NCBI GenBank assembly: GCA_050294405.1
Contig: JBNKOC010000012.1
Location: 64,001 to 128,000 of the forward strand
Source of the DNA: Fibrobacteria bacterium
GTDB taxonomy: Bacteria; Fibrobacterota; Fibrobacteria; UBA11236; JADFYW01
Length of the DNA: 64,000 nt
Direction: 5' to 3'
A model generated the notes under the pieces. The model did no database searches and was not told the origin of the DNA. It saw only the letters and a list, made by a program, of their open reading frames with translations. This document shows positions 40,005-49,440 of this stretch, piece by piece (positions within the stretch are counted from its first letter, which is position 1; each line of letters begins with the position of its first letter). The translations under genes were made by a program, and so were the position numbers.

Positions 40005-42523
40005 GCTTTAACCTCTTCTAATTCATTAACGATCCATTGGTTAGGGCGCTTTTGTCCCCGTTCATAAATCCATTGTATGTTATCGTCACCTTCATTACTA
40101 TTAATAAAATGCCGGAATTTTTTACGCTTTTCAGGGTTTTCAACAGTGGATTTCCATTCGCACTGGTAAGTGTCAATTAGATGCAGCATATCTTTTTCTA
40201 AAGTATCGGCGATTCCGAGCTTGTCTTCTATAATAACCTCTTTTAAATAGTCTAATCCACCTTGGAGTTTATTAAACCAGGTTGCGGTGCGCGTCAATTT
40301 GTCTGCCGTTTTGATATAATACATAATAAATCGATCTAAATAACGCACCACAGTTTCTTCTGGAATATCAGTTGCAAGTAAAACTCCATGTTGAGGTTTG
40401 GCTCCGCCATTTCCACATACATATAAATTCCACCCCTTGTCAGTGGCCACAACTCCAAAGTCCTTTGATTGAGCTTCTGCACATTCCCTTACGCATCCAG
40501 AACAGGCACTTTTTAGCTTATGCGGGGCTCTAATTCCTTTATAACGGTTTTCAAGGCGGATAGCAAATCCTGTGGAGTCTTGAACGCCGTAACGGCACCA
40601 AGTTGAACCGACACAGCTTTTAACGGTGCGCAAGGCTTTTCCATAAGCGTGACCACTTTCAAGCCCAACAGCTATCAATTCCTCCCATATTTTGGGAAGT
40701 TCATGTAATTGAGCTCCGAAAAGATCTATTCTTTGGCCACCAGTGATTTTACAATACAAGTTGTATTTTTTTGCAACACTGCCAATGGTAATGAGCTGCT
40801 CTGGAAGAATTTCTCCTCCGGGAACACGAGGAACCACTGAATAAGTCCCTCCCTTTTGTATGTTGGCTAAAAATCTATCATTGGTGTCTTGCAATGTGTC
40901 TTGTTCCAAAATCATTTCGTTCCACACGCTGGCGAATATAGAAGCAATGGCAGGTTTACATACCTCACAGCCCTCTCCACGTCCGTGTTTTAAAAGAAGT
41001 TCTGAAAAACTTTTAATTTCCCCGATTTTAATCAAGTCGAATAGTTCTTGTCTGGAGTAAGGGAAATGCTCGCAAATGGAGTGTGAAACTGCTTTGCCCT
41101 CAGATTCTAGGACGGCATTTAAAATGTCCTGAACCATTGGTAGACAGCCTCCACAGCCAGTTCCAGCATTTGTACAGTTTTTGAGGGCGCCAATTTCAGT
41201 AACGCCGTCTCGAACAGCATTTACGATATCCCCTTTAGATATGTTGTTACAAGAGCAAATTTGCGCTGAGTCAGGCAAAAAGGCTATTGACATGGGGTTT
41301 TCACCTTCTCCGCCTCTTTTGCCAAGTAATAGCTCTTCTGGATCTTTAGGAACTGCTGTTTTGTTTTTCATAACTTGTAGCAGTTGATTGTATAGGGAAG
41401 CATCCCCTACTAACATACCTCCCAGTAAATAGTCTCCATATTTTGATAGGGTAAGTCTTTGGTATACTCCTTTGGGATCGTTTTGATATACCATTGTTTT
41501 GGAATCAGGAGTTTCTCCGAAAGCATCTCCAAAGTTTGCTACATCAACTCCCATTAGCTTTAGCTTTGTGGGAGTGTCGGCACCCTTAAACTCTTTCCTG
41601 TCGCCTAGAAGATTACTTGCTAAAACGTCAGCCATTTCATAGCCAGGAGCTACTAAACCATAAATTAAACCGTTATGCAGTGCCACCTCTCCGATAGCAT
41701 AAATGTCGGGGTCGGAAGTCTGCAATTTGTTGTTAATTATGACCCCTCCTCTTGGATGCACATCAAGACCGCAATCTTTGGCGAGTTCGTCTCTGGGGCG
41801 AATCCCAGCGGAAACTATGATCATATCCACATCTAGCTCTTCGCCATTTTTAAACAACATTTTTTGTACTTTGCCGTTTCCTTGAATTTCTTGGGTTTGA
41901 GTATCTGTATGAACTTTAACTCCTAAGGATTCGATACTATTTTTGAGTAACCTACCTCCCATATCATCAATTTGGCGGGGCATAAGTCTTGGCGCAAATT
42001 CAATTACATGAGTTTTGAGCCCAAGATCTAAGGCTGCTTTGGCTGCTTCTAAGCCTAAAAGCCCACCTCCAATAACCGCTGCCTTCTTACTGCTTTTTGA
42101 GTATTCAATTATCTGTTCCAAGTCTTCAATAGTTCGGTATACAAAGACGCCTTTTTTGTCTACACCTGGGATGGGTGGAACAAAGGCAGATGACCCTGTT
42201 GCAAGAACAATTGCATGATAAGGAATTGAAACCCCTTTTTCGCTTAATACTAATTTTTTCTCTCTATCTATTTTGGCGGCTTTGTCTCCTACATGCAGTT
42301 CAATCTTGTTTTTTTTGTACCAATCTAAACTTCCTAACATAAGAGGTTCGGCAGAACGTTCTTCAAAAAATTTTGTCAATTGAACCCGGTCATAAGCTGG
42401 CCTAGGTTCTTCGCAAAAAGTAATGAGGTTATACTTAATATGATAGGCCTTCTCCACCAGCTTTTCGCAAAGTTTGTGGCCAACCATTCCATTTCCAATA
42501 ACAATTAAATTTTTCATTTCCAT
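40001..42523 (-). CDS. nirB: nitrite reductase (NADH) large subunit
   Basis: GNGMVG, GGGLLGLEAA, CSCNN, GTGCGGC, KSCVGSTWCRYG and SGCVRECAEA. Confidence 0.96.
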   Translation of the reverse strand: MEMKNLIVIGNGMVGHKLCEKLVEKAYHIKYNLITFCEEPRPAYDRVQLTKFFEERSAEPLMLGSLDWYKKNKIELHVGDKAAKIDREKKLVLSEKGVSIPYHAIVLATGSSAFVPPIPGVDKKGVFVYRTIEDLEQIIEYSKSSKKAAVIGGGLLGLEAAKAALDLGLKTHVIEFAPRLMPRQIDDMGGRLLKNSIESLGVKVHTDTQTQEIQGNGKVQKMLFKNGEELDVDMIIVSAGIRPRDELAKDCGLDVHPRGGVIINNKLQTSDPDIYAIGEVALHNGLIYGLVAPGYEMADVLASNLLGDRKEFKGADTPTKLKLMGVDVANFGDAFGETPDSKTMVYQNDPKGVYQRLTLSKYGDYLLGGMLVGDASLYNQLLQVMKNKTAVPKDPEELLLGKRGGEGENPMSIAFLPDSAQICSCNNISKGDIVNAVRDGVTEIGALKNCTNAGTGCGGCLPMVQDILNAVLESEGKAVSHSICEHFPYSRQELFDLIKIGEIKSFSELLLKHGRGEGCEVCKPAIASIFASVWNEMILEQDTLQDTNDRFLANIQKGGTYSVVPRVPGGEILPEQLITIGSVAKKYNLYCKITGGQRIDLFGAQLHELPKIWEELIAVGLESGHAYGKALRTVKSCVGSTWCRYGVQDSTGFAIRLENRYKGIRAPHKLKSACSGCVRECAEAQSKDFGVVATDKGWNLYVCGNGGAKPQHGVLLATDIPEETVVRYLDRFIMYYIKTADKLTRTATWFNKLQGGLDYLKEVIIEDKLGIADTLEKDMLHLIDTYQCEWKSTVENPEKRKKFRHFINSNEGDDNIQWIYERGQKRPNQWIVNELEEVKA

Positions 42524-42563
42524 AACTTACTAATCGGTTTTGTGAGATAACTAATAACGTGAA

Positions 42564-42579
42564 AGCAAAACCTATACCA
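42564..42579 (-). promoter_or_regulatory. sigma54 promoter for nirBD
   Basis: Minus strand TGGTATAGGTTTTGCT, GG-N10-GC. Confidence 0.75.
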
Positions 42580-42635
42580 TCTCCAAACCTTGTTTTTTGT
42601 TAAAAAATAAGGAAAATGGAGCGTTGCTGGAATAA

Positions 42636-42659
42636 ATTGTCATACAATTTTCTGACAAT
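42636..42659. promoter_or_regulatory. palindromic activator site upstream of nirB
   Basis: ATTGTCA-N10-TGACAAT; same TGTCA/TGACA half-sites as at 37498 and 37842. Confidence 0.65.
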
Positions 42660-42689
42660 ACTTGACATTGTATATTAACCCCTAAATAT

Positions 42690-44471
42690 ATGAGTTTCAC
42701 AGAGTCTCTTTTTTGGTACAAGTGTTGCTCTTTCATAATAAATATGATAGCCATCCAAGAACGCAATAATCACAAGCTAGAAATAGTTTTGGGTCAATCC
42801 AGTTTGACTGGTCTTAGGGAGCGTAATGAAGATTTTTATGCATGTATTAAGCCGCAAAAGGTATCGACTTTAAATTACAAGGGTATTGCAGCAGTAATTG
42901 CGGATGGTGTTGGAGATACGGGTTATGGACAAGAGGCTAGCCGTTATGCGGTGAGCACTTTTTTCTCAGAATATTTCAGTACTCCCGATTCTTGGAGCAT
43001 AGAGCGATCCGGGGAAGAGGTGATAAAATCCATTAACAGTTGGTTGTACTCCCAGTCAGAACGCAACATTGGGGATAGTGGCCTTATGACGGCTTTCTCT
43101 GCAGCTATTTTATGTGGAAGCACTCTGCATATTTTCCATGTGGGAGACACAAGAATTTATTTAAAAGCAAAAAATAAATTAAAAAGGCTCACCAAGGATC
43201 ATAGGGCTCATCACGGCCAAAATCAAATAATTCGGGCATTGGGGTTAGATAGTAATGTTTACATCGATTATACACAGGAGATATTGGAACCAGATTCTTC
43301 TGTTATTATGATGACGGATGGCGTGCATAATTATTTATCTGATGATAAAATCACAGGTTTTTTAAATAAGTTTGCAGCTCCTCAAGTGGCTTCAGAAGCA
43401 TTAACAATGGCATCTCTTCGTGAGGGAAGTACTGATAACATAAGCTGTCAAATAATTAACATAAAACACCTTCCTCCGTCGACAAAAAATGAAATTTATC
43501 AACGTTCCCGTGACTTGAAATTCCCCCCTCCCTTGAAAGTGGGTGCTTTTGTGGATTCTTATGAAATTCAGGAAGAACTAGGTTATGGAGCTATGGGGAT
43601 AGTGTATTCCGCTTACGATTCTAAGAATGATAAAGTGGTGGCTTTAAAGTGTCCCCGACAAGAATTTGAACAGGATATTATTTTCAGGGAAAGGCTCCTA
43701 AGGGAGGAATGGATTGGCCAGCGAGTTCACAATCCAAATTTGATGAAAGTGCTGAATCCGAGTCATGTGCGCATGGAATACCATTATTTGGTAATGGAGT
43801 ATTGTAAGGGATTTTCTCTTCGGGAACAATTGGATAGTGGTAAGCATTTTAGTCATAATGATGTTGTTGAAATTGCTAAACAAATATGCAGAGGGTTGAC
43901 AGAACTTCATCACATGGAAATTGTCCATAGGGATATTAAACCTGATAGTATTATTTGGAGTCAAGACGGTATGGTTAAGATAATCGACTATGGCATAGCC
44001 AAAGTTGGTAGTTTAAAATCTTTAACTTCAAATGCCAACGCTCCATGGATGGGAAGTCCCAATTACATGGCTCCTGAGATGTTCAAAAACAGTAGGGGGA
44101 ATTCTGTCACGGATATATTCAGCCTTGGTGTCACCATGTATGAACTGTTAACAAGCTCCATGCCATATGGGGAGATAGACGCTGGAAAAGGTTATAAGAA
44201 TACTGAGTTTGTTTCTTTACAAGAACTAAACCCGGAAGTACCTAGCTGGCTTTCTACGGTGGTAGTTAAATGTTTGCACTTAGATCCTGACTCACGGTAT
44301 CAAGCTGCTTCAGAAGTTCTATATGATTTGGAACATCCAGAAAAGGTTTTGCCTGATATGCGTTTTATTCCTTTATTGGAACGAAACCCTGTACTTGTTT
44401 GGAAAGTGATTTCGGCGACATTGCTTGGGATTGTAGTTGTTTTGTCAGTGCTTTTGATTCGAGGGCGTTAA
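42690..44471 (+). CDS. bifunctional PP2C phosphatase / Ser-Thr kinase with C-terminal TM helix (start may be 42744)
   Basis: NED, IADGVG, HVGDTR, TDGV and DNIS (PP2C); GYGAMG, VALK, HRDIKP, DYG and YMAPE (kinase). Confidence 0.9.
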   Translation: MSFTESLFWYKCCSFIINMIAIQERNNHKLEIVLGQSSLTGLRERNEDFYACIKPQKVSTLNYKGIAAVIADGVGDTGYGQEASRYAVSTFFSEYFSTPDSWSIERSGEEVIKSINSWLYSQSERNIGDSGLMTAFSAAILCGSTLHIFHVGDTRIYLKAKNKLKRLTKDHRAHHGQNQIIRALGLDSNVYIDYTQEILEPDSSVIMMTDGVHNYLSDDKITGFLNKFAAPQVASEALTMASLREGSTDNISCQIINIKHLPPSTKNEIYQRSRDLKFPPPLKVGAFVDSYEIQEELGYGAMGIVYSAYDSKNDKVVALKCPRQEFEQDIIFRERLLREEWIGQRVHNPNLMKVLNPSHVRMEYHYLVMEYCKGFSLREQLDSGKHFSHNDVVEIAKQICRGLTELHHMEIVHRDIKPDSIIWSQDGMVKIIDYGIAKVGSLKSLTSNANAPWMGSPNYMAPEMFKNSRGNSVTDIFSLGVTMYELLTSSMPYGEIDAGKGYKNTEFVSLQELNPEVPSWLSTVVVKCLHLDPDSRYQAASEVLYDLEHPEKVLPDMRFIPLLERNPVLVWKVISATLLGIVVVLSVLLIRGR

Positions 44472-44493
44472 CAGGTTAACATAAGCCCAAAAA

Positions 44494-44901
44494 TTATTCA
44501 GCGGGGAATAAATCGTAAATAAAAACCGGAGGTTTTATGGGATGCCCTTTTGGATGTATAAAGGCATGCAGCGTTTGCCCTGTGGCAATCGTATTGCCAT
44601 TTTTTTGAACCTCATAACAAAATTTAATTTTTGCTTTACCAACAAGATATCGGGTAGATTTTATTGTGATGGTATCGCCAAAAAAAGCAGGTTTTTTGTA
44701 GGTAGCTTGGGAAGCTATCACAGGAATGAGAATGTTATTTTTTTCCATCTCCTGATAGGGGTACCCTAAATCTTCAAAAATTTCGATTCGAGCCGCTTCA
44801 AAATAGGTATAGTAATTTCCATGGTGGACAAAGCCCATGGCATCCGTTTCTGCATATCTGATTTTTATATTAAAGAAATGTGGGTTATGGGGGTGTTCCA
44901 T
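44494..44901 (-). CDS. YbgC/FadM-family acyl-CoA thioesterase
   Basis: RYAETDAMGFVHHGNYYTYFEAAR. Confidence 0.9.
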   Translation of the reverse strand: MEHPHNPHFFNIKIRYAETDAMGFVHHGNYYTYFEAARIEIFEDLGYPYQEMEKNNILIPVIASQATYKKPAFFGDTITIKSTRYLVGKAKIKFCYEVQKNGNTIATGQTLHAFIHPKGHPIKPPVFIYDLFPAE

Positions 44902-46280
44902 TATGCGGCATTTGGAACGCTTTTTTTAGAAGCGGTTAATATCCAGATAGTGGCTATACTACCCATTAACATGTTAGTTAGCATAGGGGCGTAGTGAAGG
45001 CCGTATTCGCCAAGCGTGGTATGCTTGGATAAAATATAACTCAGAGCAAAATTAACGACTGCAATCCTTAATATAGTTATATACATGCTGGGAGTTCCCC
45101 TTCCCAGGCCTTGAAAGGCGCCGCCGGCAACCATGGCCATTCCTATAAAGCCGTAGCTTAAGCTAACGCAGGATAAATAATGGATAGCAGAAACAAGGGT
45201 CTGTTTTTCCGGGTTAAATAACCCCAGTAAAGGACCTTTTAACAAAAATAAGATGACTCCAACCAATGAAGCGCAGATAAAAACGGATAATAGGCCTTTT
45301 ACAATGGATTCCCGAACTCTCTCAATATTTTGCGCACCATAGTTTTGGCCCACCAAAGAAACAATGGCCGACATGATGGATAAGGAGGTAAAAACTCCAA
45401 TGGTGTCTATTCTCATTCCAATTCCCAATGCGGCAATTGCAGAAGAGCCAAATGGAGTAGCCAGGGCGGTTAACAGTGTTACCCCTACACCGAACATGGA
45501 TTGGCTAACGGATGCTGGCAGGGAAACTCTGATAATGCTTTTTAAATGTTGGGTGTCCGACCAGCTTGGGAGGATGGGCCATTTTAAAGCGCTTTTTCCT
45601 TTAAGGAAATACATTACGATAACTAAAGACATGGTGAAGTTTGCCACTACTGTTGCAATAGCTGCTCCAGGTACTCCCCAACCAAGGCCCTGTATATTCA
45701 TTCCCAAAAATTTAAAACTGTCAAAAATAAAAAGTGGGTCCAGAATCAAATTTAAAATGGTTCCATAGAACATAGCCATGGATAGGGTTCGCATGTTTCC
45801 TTCGGCCCTCAATGCGCCTCCCAAAACAAGAGCTGAGGAGGTAAACATAAACCCAATCATTACAATTAGCACATAGGATTGGGTCAGGCCGGAAGTTATG
45901 GGGTCTACTTTTAATCCGGCCAAATAAAATTTTAAAATAAATGGAATGAGTATAATTAAAACTACAAATACTCCCAAAGCAGTGAGAACGGTTTGCGCTA
46001 ATGTTTGTTCCGCCTCTTTAACTTTTTTTGCCCCTAAAAGTTGGGCGAGTATGGCAGAACTTCCAGAGTTAAGTCCGTTAAAAAGGGCGAAAGGCACATA
46101 GAACATGGGAAAGCCGTAATTGAGAACGGCCATAGATGCCTGTGTACCCAATCTGGAAACGTACATGGCGTCGGCGATATTGAGCACCATATGAGCTACT
46201 AGCCCCAGAAACATGGGCAGTGCCATGCGGACTATATGGGGGATTATATTGCCCTGGGTTAAATCTTTTTTGCTTTGCAT
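44901..46280 (-). CDS. MATE-family efflux transporter
   Basis: DLTQG, LRAEGNM, NLILDPLFIF, GVPGAAIAT and VGQNYGA; about 12 TM helices. Confidence 0.92.
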   Translation of the reverse strand: MQSKKDLTQGNIIPHIVRMALPMFLGLVAHMVLNIADAMYVSRLGTQASMAVLNYGFPMFYVPFALFNGLNSGSSAILAQLLGAKKVKEAEQTLAQTVLTALGVFVVLIILIPFILKFYLAGLKVDPITSGLTQSYVLIVMIGFMFTSSALVLGGALRAEGNMRTLSMAMFYGTILNLILDPLFIFDSFKFLGMNIQGLGWGVPGAAIATVVANFTMSLVIVMYFLKGKSALKWPILPSWSDTQHLKSIIRVSLPASVSQSMFGVGVTLLTALATPFGSSAIAALGIGMRIDTIGVFTSLSIMSAIVSLVGQNYGAQNIERVRESIVKGLLSVFICASLVGVILFLLKGPLLGLFNPEKQTLVSAIHYLSCVSLSYGFIGMAMVAGGAFQGLGRGTPSMYITILRIAVVNFALSYILSKHTTLGEYGLHYAPMLTNMLMGSIATIWILTASKKSVPNAA

Positions 46281-46299
46281 TTGTCCGGCATTTTTTGGC

Positions 46300-46803
46300 C
46301 TAGGTGGGCCTTGACCCCCTGGTCATTATGATTTTACCGGATCGAACATACTCAATAATGCCAAACTTGTCTAGCATAAGGTGAAGGGCGTCTAGCTTGT
46401 CAGAATTGCCGGTAGCTTGCAAAATCAGATTTTCTTCTGTTAAATCCACAGTTTGACATTTAAAATGTTTTGAAATTTGCAGAATTTCCGATCTTTGATC
46501 CGCATTGCAATTGACTTTGATAAGCAACAGCTCCTTTTCAATATTTCCTTCGGAAGAATGGTGTTGGGCGTGAATAACGTCCACCAATTTGTTGAGTTGT
46601 TTGATGATTTGATCGAATGTTAAGGGATCGCCACTGGCAACCAGACTCATTCTGGAAAAATTAGGATCGTGAGCCGGAGAAACTACAGCGCTTTCAATAT
46701 TAAAACCCCTGCGGGCAAAAACCAGGGCGATGCGAATAAGAACACCTGGTCGGTTATTTACCAAAAGACTAATTGGATATTGTTCCATTTTTTGACTGTT
46801 CAT
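46300..46803 (-). CDS. ilvN: acetolactate synthase small subunit
   Basis: LVNNRPGVL, FARRGFNIES and KQLNKLVDV. Confidence 0.95.
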   Translation of the reverse strand: MNSQKMEQYPISLLVNNRPGVLIRIALVFARRGFNIESAVVSPAHDPNFSRMSLVASGDPLTFDQIIKQLNKLVDVIHAQHHSSEGNIEKELLLIKVNCNADQRSEILQISKHFKCQTVDLTEENLILQATGNSDKLDALHLMLDKFGIIEYVRSGKIIMTRGSRPT

Positions 46804-46804
46804 A

Positions 46805-48520
46805 TTAAGTACTCCCTTTTGGTTTTTCCACAGCTTCTTTGGGACGTTCCAGCATCATTTTTGAATAGGGAGCTCCCGCGGGAACCATTGGGAAAACATT
46901 ATCTTCCTTCTCTACTTCTGCGTGAATCACACAAGGACCTTCGTTATACTCCATAGCCGCTTGCAGCACTTTTCTTACTTCAGCATTTCTTTTAATGCGA
47001 AAGCCTTTGCAGCCATAGGCTTCAGCCAGTTTTACAAAGTTGGGGTTTCCAACCATATCTACACCGGAATATCTGTTATCAAAAAAGATATCTTGCCATT
47101 GGCGAACCATGCCTAAATACCGATTGTCTATTACCAGTATTTTAATGGGAAGTTTATGAATAACAGCCGTAGAAATTTCGCACAAAGTCATTTGAAAACC
47201 GCCGTCACCAACAATAGCTACTACCTGTTCTTCTGGCATAGCCAATTGAGCGCCGATTGCGGCAGGGAATCCAAATCCCATCGTGCCGGCACCACCGGAA
47301 GATATCCAGAAGTTTCTTTTATTTACTTTGTAAAATTGGGCCGCCCACATTTGATGCTGCCCTACATCGGTAGTCACTATGGCTCCGCCCTGGGTTACAT
47401 GGTAGAGTTCATCAATTACATATTCGGATTTTAAGCCCCCCTGTTTTTTGTACTTGAGAGGGTATTGCTTTTTCCATTTTTGAACTTGCTTAACCCAGTT
47501 TTCTGTATCTCCAGGTCTTACCATGGTGTTGAGTTCTTCAACCACCAATCTGGCGTCTCCTAAAACAAAGATATCGGGTTGAATCATCTTTCCATTTTCG
47601 GATAGGTCTATGTCAACATGTATCTTTACAGCGTCTTTACAAAATTCATCCAGTTTGCCAACAATACGGTCATCCCATCTGGAACCAATGGACATTATTA
47701 AATCGCAATCCATTACAGCGTAATTGGCGTATGCCGTTCCGTGCATACCTAACATCCCTAAGTTTAAAGGATGGGTTTCCGGAAAAGCCCCTTTTCCCAA
47801 AAGAGTATTTACCACGGGAATCTTCATTTTTTCCACTAAATTGGAAATAGCCTTGGAAGCGTTGCTGATAACAGCGCCATGCCCTAATAGCAAAATCGGT
47901 TTTTTGGCGTTGTTCAATGCTGTGGCCACAGCCTGGATGTCCTCAAACTCTCCTCTGCCAGGAATAGTGTAACCAGGAAGATTTTTTTCCACGGAAAAAT
48001 CGGGTTCGAATGGAGTAGAGGAAACATCCTTGGGCAAGTCTATGAGAACGGGTCCTGGACGTCCTGTTTCGGCAAGGTAAAAAGATTCTTTAACTATTTT
48101 TGGGATTTCCGTAACATCTTTAACCAGGTAGCTGTGTTTTACAACCGGGTAAGAGATTCCGGATACATCGGCTTCCTGGAAGGCGTCCAAACCTAAATTA
48201 GCTGTTATTGTTTGCCCGCAAATGATAATCATAGGAATTGAATCCATGTGAGCTGTCATAATTCCTGTTATGGTATTAGTGGCCCCGGGACCGGAAGTGA
48301 CCAGAACAACACCTGCCTTGCCTGTGGCTCTGGCATATCCATCTGCCATATGAGTGGCTCCCTGCTCGTGGCGGGAAAGAATTAATTTGATTGGAGAATC
48401 AATTATGGCGTCAAAAATAGGAATGCTTGCGCCACCCGGGTAGCCGAAAATATATTCAACCCCATGCTGTTCTAGCCCATCTATTAGTGCTTGAGCTCCA
48501 GTTCTTGTAAGTTTACTCAT
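46805..48520 (-). CDS. ilvB: acetolactate synthase large subunit
   Basis: [31 protein letters not shown] and GDGGFQM. Confidence 0.97.
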   Translation of the reverse strand: MSKLTRTGAQALIDGLEQHGVEYIFGYPGGASIPIFDAIIDSPIKLILSRHEQGATHMADGYARATGKAGVVLVTSGPGATNTITGIMTAHMDSIPMIIICGQTITANLGLDAFQEADVSGISYPVVKHSYLVKDVTEIPKIVKESFYLAETGRPGPVLIDLPKDVSSTPFEPDFSVEKNLPGYTIPGRGEFEDIQAVATALNNAKKPILLLGHGAVISNASKAISNLVEKMKIPVVNTLLGKGAFPETHPLNLGMLGMHGTAYANYAVMDCDLIMSIGSRWDDRIVGKLDEFCKDAVKIHVDIDLSENGKMIQPDIFVLGDARLVVEELNTMVRPGDTENWVKQVQKWKKQYPLKYKKQGGLKSEYVIDELYHVTQGGAIVTTDVGQHQMWAAQFYKVNKRNFWISSGGAGTMGFGFPAAIGAQLAMPEEQVVAIVGDGGFQMTLCEISTAVIHKLPIKILVIDNRYLGMVRQWQDIFFDNRYSGVDMVGNPNFVKLAEAYGCKGFRIKRNAEVRKVLQAAMEYNEGPCVIHAEVEKEDNVFPMVPAGAPYSKMMLERPKEAVEKPKGST

Positions 48521-48742
48521 AATTATACCATTTATTTGGTTGGGTGTTGGTTTACTGTGGTAATTCTACTAATTTTTACCAGTTTTTCCAGTACATTTTT
48601 GAAAATAATATTAACTTTTAAAAATATTCGCTAATTTTAGAGATAGTCAATATAGTTATGAGTGAAGTATATCTATAAAACTAGATTTTTTTGCCAAATA
48701 GTCGGCGAATACTGTTTGATACTGTTAAAAAATAGGTGATAA

Positions 48743-49414
48743 ATGGACAAAATAAGTTCTGGTATGCTGCCCAGAGAAAAAATAATGCGTTTTGGGGTGG
48801 AAAAGTTAGAGGTATGGGAGTTGTTTGCTGTAGTTTTAGGGGTTGGTTACCCAGGAAAAGGTATTCTGGAACTTTCCAAAGATATCATTGAGGGTATTTC
48901 TGCCAACTCTAGTTATCCTAATCTTGAAGAATTGGTTCAAATAAAGGGAATTGGTGAGGCTAAGGCTTGCAAAATATTAGCTGTTTTGGAGCTTTCCAAA
49001 AGGTTTATACCATTTGCAGAAAGAGCTAGTCTTAATTGCCCAGAGGATTTTATTCCGCTACTAGCACCCTTAAAATTTGCCAACCAGGAAGAGTTTTGGG
49101 TTTTTACGCTGGATTCAACAAATAAGCTTATACAATCCCATGCAGTTACAAAAGGTTTGGTGAACCAAAGCCCCATTCATCCCCGAGAGGTTTTTGCTCC
49201 TGCTATAGTAGATAGAGCTGTAAACCTAGTTTTATGCCATAACCATCCTTCTGGAAGCCTCAAACCCTCCAGGGCAGATTTGGATGTGACTCGGGAATTG
49301 GTGAGTTTGGGTTCTCAATTAAAAATACCCATCCTAGATCATATTATCGTATCCAGCAAAGGTATATGTTCTTTATCCAGGGAAATGCCGGATTTATTTT
49401 TGTATGGCCCTTAG
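48743..49414 (+). CDS. radC: RadC-family JAB-domain protein
   Basis: PREK, HhH motif IKGIGEAKA, HPREVF, HNHPSG...S..D and LDHII. Confidence 0.92.
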   Translation: MDKISSGMLPREKIMRFGVEKLEVWELFAVVLGVGYPGKGILELSKDIIEGISANSSYPNLEELVQIKGIGEAKACKILAVLELSKRFIPFAERASLNCPEDFIPLLAPLKFANQEEFWVFTLDSTNKLIQSHAVTKGLVNQSPIHPREVFAPAIVDRAVNLVLCHNHPSGSLKPSRADLDVTRELVSLGSQLKIPILDHIIVSSKGICSLSREMPDLFLYGP

Positions 49415-49440
49415 GGGAAAAGAAGACCATAATTAGGTAC

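Noticed and set aside
48521..48742. Possible ilvB leader-peptide attenuator
   Set aside because: I found no Ile/Leu/Val-rich leader ORF with a terminator hairpin.
48743..49414. radC as a marker of a mobile element
   Set aside because: It is the full-length HhH plus JAB chromosomal form, with no mobility genes nearby.
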